Source: a virus. From it: DNA of 64,000 nucleotides. Shown here one piece after another: positions 56,594 through 64,000 of this stretch. The position numbers were made by a program, and so were the translations under genes. Within the stretch, counting starts at the first letter, position 1, and the number at the start of each line of letters is the position of its first letter. The stretch is from positions 1 to 64,000 of the IMG/VR virus record IMGVR_UViG_3300032288_004617. The stretch is one strand, 5' to 3'. The notes under the pieces were generated by a model. It made no database searches and had not been told where the DNA came from. It saw nothing but the letters and a program-made list of their open reading frames with translations.

Positions 56594-58840
56594 TTAGATA
56601 GGGAAAGCTTGTACTGGAGAAACTCCTGCATTAGCTGCCAAGTTATTTAATAAGTCTTCAATTGCATTATGTCTACCAATCTCTACAAAGAAGTTGTAAT
56701 CGATATCATCATTAATTCTTCCTGCGAATCCTTGTGTATGATTAAAGTTACTAACTTTCAATGTATACTGAATATATTGAGCAGTACTGTTTGGTAAGTT
56801 TGTAGTCTCACCTCTCAATAATTTACCTAAGTAAGATCTTGGAGATTCTCCTCTGAAGTAAGCATTAGCTTCTTGCTCTTTCTTACGTAAGTTACCTGCT
56901 AAATGTGTTCTGTGTTGTTGACGAGATAAGTATTTACCTTGGTATCCACCTTCTGGAATACTTCCGATACCCTCACGAATTTCTTCAGGGAATCCTGCAG
57001 CAACTTGAATTTTTGTAGATGTTTCTAAGAAACCAACTTCTTCGTACAATGCCTCTTCAGCATCTAAAACGAAAACTCTTGATTTAAATCTAATACCACA
57101 TTTACAGTTTCCACTTGGAGAAACAGCTGCTTCACTTGCAGATACAGTCCAGTCGATATTTTCATAAGACTCAGGAGCTGAAGTGATATAAGCATCTTTG
57201 TAGATAACATCACACTCTTCACCAACTAAGTTAGAAATAACTGAAGTTGTATATTTAGTTTGACAACCTGCTGTGTAAGTAACTGCAGCAGCTAATGTAC
57301 CATCTAAATCACTTACATCATTTGCAATTGAGATAGTTGGCAAAGCAACACCAATGTTTTCAAAAGTTAAAACACCTAAAGCAGCTGTAACTTTAACACC
57401 TTCGTTAGCTAAAATAGTAGCTCCATGTGCAGTAACAAAGTTAGCAGCAGTTTGAGTTAAACTAGTAGCAAAAGTTGCTGTGTAATCAGTACCACCAATG
57501 TTAATGTCTGCTGTTCCAGAAGTACCAGTTAAAGTTAACAATCTGTATTGAGCTAAAGCAACAGTTAAGTTAGTGTAAGCACCTTGTAACTCTACTAATC
57601 TATCATTTCCACATTCTCCATCAGCTAACCATAAGTCATACGCTTCAGAAACTGCATTAACTGTGTCTCCTAAAGTCCAAGCTGTAGTTGTAGCAGCAGC
57701 ATTAGAATCACATAAGTCAGCAATTTTACCTACTAAATCTACTGTGAATGTATTGCTTGGAACTGCACCACCTAATAAAGTTGCAATTTGTGCATCAGTA
57801 ATTTTAGCTGTAAATACTGCTGTATAGAATCCTACACCTGCATCATTTCCAGATTTAATAACTGTACCTGCTGAGTAGTTTGCCATTGCTGTAATTAAAG
57901 CAGTTTTGTCAACACCATCATCTTCAATAGTGAATGCGTAAACATAACCACCTGTTACTGCAGTGTATCCAGCAGGACAAGTATCACATCCTTTAATGAA
58001 AGATGCTACTGTTGAACTGAAATCAGCAGGTGCACTTGCAGCTAATAATTGGTAAGTAGAAATAGATCCACTACGTAAAATTCTTTTTACAGGAACATTG
58101 TATTGTGCTGCAACGATAGCTTTAGCAACATCATCACCTGTATCACATAACTCTAATGTATAGAAGTTAAAAGGAATCAAGTTAGCTGCAATATCATTTG
58201 TACACTCAAAAACAGGTGTTACATCAATAAAGTCTGCAACAGTTTTTCCTCCTGTTAATTGTTTTCTACGTAATCTCTCAACTGCTTCTAATACGATTGC
58301 TTTACAATCAACTGCATCACAGTTATCACAAGTATCACAAGTGTTGAAAGGATCACATGAAGGAATCTCAATATTAATTCCGATGAACTCTTCAGCGTTT
58401 TTTCCACCTCTGTACTCAATTGCTCCACCTGTAAGTTTAAGAGCTAATCTGAAATAAGAATCTCCTGTTTTCCATTTGAACTCAGATCCTGGAGTACCAT
58501 CATATCCAATAACAACCTCATCAACGATGTGCTCAGTAATTTTTGGAGCAGATACTGCTAATCCACGAATTGAATCTAAAGAGAAAGGAACTGTAGATTT
58601 GTCTTTGTCAGAATAAGAACGACCTGGAGTTTTTCCATCGATACCTAATCTAATTGTAAAATCTTTTTTATCTTTTGCTTTTCCTGCGAAAGATGAAATA
58701 ACTTTCAATCCATCAGCTGTAGCTTTAGTTTGATCAACTGCTGCTAATTGTCCTTTTGCAAGGTGCAAAGATCCACCAGTTGTCTTAACTGCTCCATTGA
58801 TTAAGAAGAAGTCTCTGTTAAACGGTTTGTTTAATCCCAT
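56594..58840 (-). CDS. Abundant structural protein, probable auxiliary capsid protein with inserted domains (748 aa)
   Basis: Third gene after MCP, matching crAss-like order; A/T/G-rich with Cys clusters; codon usage resembles MCP (CGT, TTC, AAC); followed by a terminator. Confidence 0.55.
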   Translation of the reverse strand: MGLNKPFNRDFFLINGAVKTTGGSLHLAKGQLAAVDQTKATADGLKVISSFAGKAKDKKDFTIRLGIDGKTPGRSYSDKDKSTVPFSLDSIRGLAVSAPKITEHIVDEVVIGYDGTPGSEFKWKTGDSYFRLALKLTGGAIEYRGGKNAEEFIGINIEIPSCDPFNTCDTCDNCDAVDCKAIVLEAVERLRRKQLTGGKTVADFIDVTPVFECTNDIAANLIPFNFYTLELCDTGDDVAKAIVAAQYNVPVKRILRSGSISTYQLLAASAPADFSSTVASFIKGCDTCPAGYTAVTGGYVYAFTIEDDGVDKTALITAMANYSAGTVIKSGNDAGVGFYTAVFTAKITDAQIATLLGGAVPSNTFTVDLVGKIADLCDSNAAATTTAWTLGDTVNAVSEAYDLWLADGECGNDRLVELQGAYTNLTVALAQYRLLTLTGTSGTADINIGGTDYTATFATSLTQTAANFVTAHGATILANEGVKVTAALGVLTFENIGVALPTISIANDVSDLDGTLAAAVTYTAGCQTKYTTSVISNLVGEECDVIYKDAYITSAPESYENIDWTVSASEAAVSPSGNCKCGIRFKSRVFVLDAEEALYEEVGFLETSTKIQVAAGFPEEIREGIGSIPEGGYQGKYLSRQQHRTHLAGNLRKKEQEANAYFRGESPRSYLGKLLRGETTNLPNSTAQYIQYTLKVSNFNHTQGFAGRINDDIDYNFFVEIGRHNAIEDLLNNLAANAGVSPVQAFPI

Positions 58841-58868
58841 TGTTAAAAATTTATTAATTTATTTATGA

Positions 58869-59540
58869 TTATATTTCGGAGAAAAGTGCATTACTTTGTA
58901 TTTCATACCCTGCTACATCTCCATTTGTTGCTGAAAATTGTTTTGCCATTGCAATAATGACTTTGTTCATGACTTTATCATCGAATTCAGGATCTATGTC
59001 TACTGAAGCTGTATTGTCAAGTTTTATATACCCTTCTATATCTAATTTCTTTGGGTATCTGTAGTAGCTAATATTTACCTTATCAATTTCAAAATCTGTT
59101 TTATAAACGGCTACTTTATTTTCTGTTGTAAGATAAAAGGTCTCTCTGTACTCAAAAGATGGCGAATTGCTGGAATCTCCTAATAGCTCTTCTATATTCT
59201 CACTCTTTACTTCAAAAGGCTTCTTTAATTTTTGAGACTTACAATTTCCTTTTGTTGCGTAAATATGCAAGTTTGCTAAGTCAAAGTAATCTTTAGGTAA
59301 ATGAAAGGTAGTATAGTTTGTTTTCTGATCAGCTTTTGCTAAATCTTTTTCTAATATTAGAAGAGGAGAGATGTAACGAATTACATCTTCACTCCTTTTC
59401 TCTAATATCCAAGATACATATCTTGTTAATGTTGTATTAAGAAGCGTAATAAATCTAGGCAAGTCAACATTGACATTATTATTAGTCATGTTTCTATTCA
59501 CTGTATCTAGAAATGATACGTATACTTCTTTAATCTTCAT
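58869..59540 (-). CDS. Tail ring protein (crAss-like capsid-module gene)
   Basis: FHLPKDYF, PSFEYRET, ISYYRYPK, DPEFDD; synteny. Confidence 0.7.
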   Translation of the reverse strand: MKIKEVYVSFLDTVNRNMTNNNVNVDLPRFITLLNTTLTRYVSWILEKRSEDVIRYISPLLILEKDLAKADQKTNYTTFHLPKDYFDLANLHIYATKGNCKSQKLKKPFEVKSENIEELLGDSSNSPSFEYRETFYLTTENKVAVYKTDFEIDKVNISYYRYPKKLDIEGYIKLDNTASVDIDPEFDDKVMNKVIIAMAKQFSATNGDVAGYEIQSNALFSEI

Positions 59541-60495
59541 CGTCTGCTAATAATATATCTCTTTTTACAGATGCTAATGAACTATTCTTAGCAATGTTTT
59601 CTGCTGAATTTTTTAAATCTGGTCCTATTTCTTTATCTTCATAAAAGTAAAGACCACTAATTTTTGTTACTTTACCACCTTTTTTGTAAGCATCTCTAAT
59701 AGCCTGATAAATTGTGATTTTTTCTAACCCAACTTTTGTCTCAGACTCTTCAACTAATTTATTAAAGGCAGTTGTTTTATCGTCATTCTCTCCAGTTAAA
59801 TAGTCGTTAAACATTCCTATTAAAACTGAATCCTCAATAGAGGATGAGAAATTCATTCCTGTGTAATGTAGAATTGCTACAAGTCTTGGTTTATCTGTTT
59901 TCAATAATGCTGTAAAAGCACCAATTGCAGCAAACTTAGCTAATGCTCTCTCATCTTTAATTTTGATATCTTTACTAATATCAATAACTACATAAGAAGA
60001 ATCATTGTATCTTGTATTTCCTTCTTGTCCTTTTGGTGTAACTTGTTTTGTTAATAATCCAAAATAAAGCTCCATTCTATCAATAGGATCAAGTGTATTG
60101 TATGTTTTCTTAGAATAAACTTTAAAATTAGTTTTATCAAAGAATGCATTATTATTTAACTCAAAAGCCAGATCATCGCCTATTGCATGTCTGTAAGGTA
60201 ATAATAGATTTTTCTTTAGACCTGTAACTAGAGTTTTAATCTCTGTTGCATCTGTGTCTCTATAGCATGGAGAGTATTCATAGAAACCTGTATCCCAAGT
60301 CCCTGTTCTTCCACCATCTCTACTTACAAAGCTTACTTGAAATGATTCAGATACTCCTCTTGAAGGAAGTTTTGTGACTCCTGCTTTGATGTACCCCGTT
60401 GGTGCATCCATATCCTTTTTGTCTTTGATGACGTAAGTTGAGTTTTCTTTAACTTCAAATCCGTCAATGACAAATAATGTTTTTCTTGTTGACAT
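59530..60495 (-). CDS. Conserved crAss-like protein downstream of MCP (about 321 aa)
   Basis: Start moved to MSTRK (ATG 60495) because the track's TTG is in the -7 box; synteny. Confidence 0.6.
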   Translation of the reverse strand: MSTRKTLFVIDGFEVKENSTYVIKDKKDMDAPTGYIKAGVTKLPSRGVSESFQVSFVSRDGGRTGTWDTGFYEYSPCYRDTDATEIKTLVTGLKKNLLLPYRHAIGDDLAFELNNNAFFDKTNFKVYSKKTYNTLDPIDRMELYFGLLTKQVTPKGQEGNTRYNDSSYVVIDISKDIKIKDERALAKFAAIGAFTALLKTDKPRLVAILHYTGMNFSSSIEDSVLIGMFNDYLTGENDDKTTAFNKLVEESETKVGLEKITIYQAIRDAYKKGGKVTKISGLYFYEDKEIGPDLKNSAENIAKNSSLASVKRDILLADDED

Positions 60496-60513
60496 TCTTG
60501 GTTTATTTTTGTT

Positions 60514-60549
60514 CAAATTTACTTACAAGAAGCATCCTTTACAAAAATA
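60514..60549 (-). promoter_or_regulatory. Bacteroidota-type promoter
   Basis: TATTTTTG-N20-TAAATTTG. Confidence 0.75.
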
Positions 60550-60560
60550 TAAGATTTTCT

Positions 60561-60600
60561 AAAACTATTTGGGGAGATATTTCACTCCCCTTTTAGTTTT
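60561..60600 (-). terminator. Stem-loop after MCP (terminator or mRNA stabiliser)
   Basis: AAAACTA-AAA-GGGGAG-N8-CTCCCC-AAA-TAGTTTT extended hairpin without a clean U-tract. Confidence 0.55.
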
Positions 60601-60618
60601 ATGGTTAGGTTTGATATC

Positions 60619-62313
60619 TTAACCTCTTCCTTTTTCTTGTAACTCAATAGTTACGTATCTTGTAGTATCTAATACTAAAGCAGAAGATTGAGAAGTTGCC
60701 CAGAATGTTCTACCCATTTGTTTGATAGAAGAAGCAACGTTTTCAAATTGATCTTTATTAGCTGTACGTCCTTGCTCGTATCCGTATGTTACGTGAGGTT
60801 GCCCTTCAGGTTTAACATAGTAGATATTAGCTTGTTGTGAACCACCTTCAACCAATTTAGCGTTTTTCACTTTGCTAGTTACATTAGAGTATTCTGGACT
60901 AGTAACATCCCAAATAACTAATGAGTTAGATGTGTGTGCAAAACCTTCTGAATAGAATCCTGAAGAGAATCTGTCTGTGCTTGGCATATAATCTAAAGAG
61001 TCATCGTGCTCAACTGTAACTTTTCCAACTCCTGGGAATTGTACTTCTGTAATTGCTACTGCAGCTAAAGATAAGTTATTCAATGATCCTGAGAATACTT
61101 TTGATGGTAATTGTCCATCAGTACCGATTAAACCTGCTGGTAAACCATTCAATTGGCTAATAGCGTGTTCACGGAATAATTGTAACATATTTTGGTAAGC
61201 TAACCAACCTGCTTTAAATTTAACAGAACGTTGTCCTACTGGAATATCAGAATTTTGGTAGATGTAAGAAACTGCTTCATAAATATGATCTAAAGTGATA
61301 CCACCTTGTCTTGCATATTTAATCAATTTACCTCTACGGATTTGATGCCATACACCCTCATTTACACGCTTAACTCCATTAGCAGTATTAACTGTTGCAG
61401 CTTTAGCGAATAAAAGCTCGTTTGCTTCCATTTGAGATAATTCCATCAATGCTAAGTATTCTAATGTAGAACCAATCATCATTGGATTTAAAGTACCATT
61501 AGGATTTTTCTTAGCTACGAACATACCGTTTTTACCACCCATTGCTTCTAACTGAGCATTGATTTTATCAGATACACCGTTAGCAAATCCTGTAAGACCT
61601 GGAGACTTCATTCTAGCAGCTTTACCTGTAACGAAAGTCTCAATTCCTCTTGGATCAGATAATAAGAACTCATTAGTAATTGTTCCTGTAGGATCTTTAA
61701 CTAAAGATAAAGTTGAGAATGCAGTGTCGAATTCAGCAATTTTGTTAGTCAACTTAATCCACTCTCTACCAGCTCTTAAATACTCTTTAGGGAAATATTT
61801 AGATTTGTCATTAGTTTGCATTGTAACATAGTGCTTGAAGTTTTCTCCAACTTGCTCTACATCATGTTCTGCAGAAACCATAACTTGTTCTCCATAAACA
61901 GGATCGTAAGTTAAAATATCTCCTTTAGTAAACTCTTGGTTTAATACTAAAACAAAAATACCATTGTCAATACCTGGGAAGTCATACTCAGCTGAAGTAT
62001 CTTCTGCAGTATAACATTTAACCTCTGAACGGTCAACTGGTAAATCATAAGTGATTGATTGTCCTTCAGCAACCTCTAATACTGCAGCTTGAGAGAATAA
62101 ATCTTTCAAGAATGGCATAGATTTTTTGTGAGATGTTGCAAATAAGTTAATCAAACCTAAATGTTTTTTGTGTGAATTATTATCATCCATTAAGTATGTA
62201 GAAACCTTTGCAGAGTCCATCCAACCTAAAGTCTTTAATTCTTTCACGTTTGTAAATCCAACAACGTAATCACCGTTGATAGACTCATGTAAATCGAATC
62301 TGTTTTGAGACAT
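60619..62313 (-). CDS. Major capsid protein (crAss-like, HK97 fold)
   Basis: HLGLINLF, PGIDNGIFVLVL, YFPKEYL, NEGVWHQIRRG patterns recalled from crAss-like MCPs; highly-expressed-type codon usage; portal-scaffold-MCP order. Confidence 0.85.
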   Translation of the reverse strand: MSQNRFDLHESINGDYVVGFTNVKELKTLGWMDSAKVSTYLMDDNNSHKKHLGLINLFATSHKKSMPFLKDLFSQAAVLEVAEGQSITYDLPVDRSEVKCYTAEDTSAEYDFPGIDNGIFVLVLNQEFTKGDILTYDPVYGEQVMVSAEHDVEQVGENFKHYVTMQTNDKSKYFPKEYLRAGREWIKLTNKIAEFDTAFSTLSLVKDPTGTITNEFLLSDPRGIETFVTGKAARMKSPGLTGFANGVSDKINAQLEAMGGKNGMFVAKKNPNGTLNPMMIGSTLEYLALMELSQMEANELLFAKAATVNTANGVKRVNEGVWHQIRRGKLIKYARQGGITLDHIYEAVSYIYQNSDIPVGQRSVKFKAGWLAYQNMLQLFREHAISQLNGLPAGLIGTDGQLPSKVFSGSLNNLSLAAVAITEVQFPGVGKVTVEHDDSLDYMPSTDRFSSGFYSEGFAHTSNSLVIWDVTSPEYSNVTSKVKNAKLVEGGSQQANIYYVKPEGQPHVTYGYEQGRTANKDQFENVASSIKQMGRTFWATSQSSALVLDTTRYVTIELQEKGRG

Positions 62314-62339
62314 ATTTATTTATATTAATTTATTAGTTA

Positions 62340-63506
62340 CTATTTTAAATCTTCAAGCCTTACAGCTTTATTTGTATTAACCGGTGCAGAAAGGCTAGAT
62401 GCAGAATCAGTTCTTCTGATAATCTTTAGCTTTCTTGCTCCTTCTAATTGTTTTTCAACCACTGCTTTCTTTGTTACTTGTTTGATAAACTCTTCTTTAT
62501 CAGTCATAAACAACATCAGCTCGGCAGCTTTTTCAGGGTTCAATCTCATCTCATTGTAGACGATATCCATCTCGTACTTACCTTCCTTATTAGCTTTAGT
62601 TGCAAAATCTACTAACTTTGTTTTAGCTTTATCATTTAACTCAAAAACATTCCCAAGAGTAGTTTTAATATCAGTTTTATACTTTTTAAATAACTCTTCT
62701 CGTTCTTTTTTATCCTGTTCTGATTTCAAAACTTCTGCTTTAACCTTTGCATCAATAGCTGTTCTCAACGATGCATCAGCTTCTTCAGCCATCTCTGCTA
62801 AAATTCCTTCAGACTCATAAGACTTTATCAATCTATTTATATCAGCTTCAGTCTGTCCTGCAGCTTGATTTCTTAAAAAGATAACTGTCTTTTGATCCTC
62901 TACACTTTCCAGATCTAATCCTTCTAAAGGATCAGAGAATTTCTGTTTAATGTCAAGTAAATCTTTTAAAGATCCTCCGTTATTCTCAACTTCAATTAAA
63001 TTCTTAGTAAATTCAGAAACACCATCTAATGAAATTTTATTCTTAGTAGCTGATTCTTGAATCTCATCAATCTTTGATTGAAATATTGACTTAAAAGTTT
63101 CTTCATCAAATTCAATATCATCAATTGAAACCTCCTGCTCTACTCCGTCAACCTCTTGTATGATTGATCCGATCTCATCACCCCATAAACTTTTTAAAGT
63201 GTTACGGTAGATTTTAGAGCTTTCAGGTTCAATTTCTGTATTTTCAACTTTTGTTTCAAAGTCTAAAATTGAATCATTTTCAGATTTTTCTTCATTTAAA
63301 GTTGGTTTCTCTTCAGTTGTAGAACTAATGTTCTCTGATTTGTCAACATCTCCAAAATCAAAACCTGGTAATAATGGCTCTTCATTTTTTAAACTGTCTG
63401 AAATAACCTTTGTTACTTCTTCAGCAGACTCTGTTTTTGTAATTGGTGCATTGTTCTCAAGTAAATCTTGTAAAGATACTACACCTGCACTTCCTTCATT
63501 TTGCAT
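62340..63506 (-). CDS. Acidic coiled-coil protein, putative scaffolding protein
   Basis: Very E/D-rich with a basic C-terminal helix; between portal and MCP. Confidence 0.6.
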   Translation of the reverse strand: MQNEGSAGVVSLQDLLENNAPITKTESAEEVTKVISDSLKNEEPLLPGFDFGDVDKSENISSTTEEKPTLNEEKSENDSILDFETKVENTEIEPESSKIYRNTLKSLWGDEIGSIIQEVDGVEQEVSIDDIEFDEETFKSIFQSKIDEIQESATKNKISLDGVSEFTKNLIEVENNGGSLKDLLDIKQKFSDPLEGLDLESVEDQKTVIFLRNQAAGQTEADINRLIKSYESEGILAEMAEEADASLRTAIDAKVKAEVLKSEQDKKEREELFKKYKTDIKTTLGNVFELNDKAKTKLVDFATKANKEGKYEMDIVYNEMRLNPEKAAELMLFMTDKEEFIKQVTKKAVVEKQLEGARKLKIIRRTDSASSLSAPVNTNKAVRLEDLK

Positions 63507-63507
63507 A

Positions 63508-63539
63508 CAAATTTATTTTTTGGTTTTTATTTTAACAAA
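63508..63539 (-). promoter_or_regulatory. Bacteroidota-type promoter
   Basis: TTTG-N20-TAAATTTG, only 1 nt before the ATG. Confidence 0.6.
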
Positions 63540-63593
63540 TTGATATTCAATTCATACAACTATTTTCATAATTATAAGAAAATATACAATATT

Positions 63594-64000
63594 CTAATTT
63601 TTATTAATTGCTGCTATATACTCACCACTTTGGCGAGTTTTAGATTTCTCTTCTAATGCTCTAGCTTTTAATTCTAAGTCCTTAAGTTTCAATTCTCTAG
63701 CATCATTCATTTGCTGTTCTCTTAACTTAAAATTATTAGCATCACTTTCCATTCTATGATTTAATTCTAGATTTTTTATAGATTGATTAGCTTGTTCACT
63801 GATATATTCCATACTATTTGGATCTGTTTTCATATCAGCAGCTCTACCCATTGCTTGTATCTTTTCTTGCTCTAATCTAGATTCTCTATCTTTTTGTTTA
63901 GACATTTCTTGTCTCTCCCACTCTTTTTGATTATTTTGATCAATCATTTGTTGCTGTTGTGCAGCTTGTTGTGATTGTGAATCTTGTGCTTGTTGTTGTT
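63594..64000 (-). CDS. C-terminus of probable portal protein (runs off window)
   Basis: Frame open to the window edge (QQQAQDSQSQQAAQQQQMIDQ...); Q-rich coiled coil ending IAAINKN; position upstream of scaffold and MCP. Confidence 0.6.
   Translation of the reverse strand, partial: QQQAQDSQSQQAAQQQQMIDQNNQKEWERQEMSKQKDRESRLEQEKIQAMGRAADMKTDPNSMEYISEQANQSIKNLELNHRMESDANNFKLREQQMNDARELKLKDLELKARALEEKSKTRQSGEYIAAINKN

Noticed and set aside
56594-58840. Contractile tail sheath
   Set aside because: Size is compatible, but the window has podovirus-type ring and muzzle genes and no tube, baseplate or tape-measure genes; synteny favours an auxiliary capsid protein.
1754-63543. Numerous short plus-strand ORFs in the ORF track
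   Set aside because: They are antisense shadows of long minus-strand genes, with S/L/F/I-rich composition and no recognisable motifs.
1309-64000. Stop-codon reassignment (TAG/TGA) as known in some crAss-like phages
   Set aside because: Genes of up to 7 kb are uninterrupted in the standard code, and TAG terminates several tightly packed genes (e.g. 1309, 15587, 40587).
1-64000. tRNAs, introns, inteins, integrase
   Set aside because: Intergenic gaps are short and explained by promoters and terminators; I saw no cloverleaf, homing-endonuclease, intein or recombinase motifs.

Overview
A strongly AT-rich 64-kb segment of a large lytic crAss-like (Crassvirales-related) podophage, most likely infecting Bacteroidota. 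Almost all genes are on the minus strand and form the late/virion region. In order: probable portal C-terminus, acidic scaffold-like protein, major capsid protein, conserved capsid-module genes, five beta-helix fibre/spike genes, a lysis cassette (holin, patatin phospholipase, 2-TM protein, u-spanin-like lipoprotein, YkuD-like endolysin), Cys-rich adaptor/fibre genes, ring proteins, an IHF-like protein, a 2318-aa muzzle/stabilisation protein, tail lysozyme, internal cargo and Lys-rich histone-like proteins, and giant ejection proteins. This region converges at a bidirectional terminator on a plus-strand SF2 helicase. Ten Bacteroidota-type promoters (TTTG-N19/20-TAnnTTTG and variants) are visible. 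Most notable observations: (1) the last three large internal proteins carry only four Cys in about 4600 aa, all at the facing termini, as a head-to-tail linked chain would require; (2) the middle one, in the usual virion-RNAP slot, is short and has no RNAP catalytic motif; (3) a small basic-protein gene is overprinted inside a giant gene; (4) an [FM]xxGG motif recurs through the adjacent cargo and histone-like proteins; (5) a patatin is embedded in the lysis cassette. All functional calls come from motif reading and gene order; no database searches were run.
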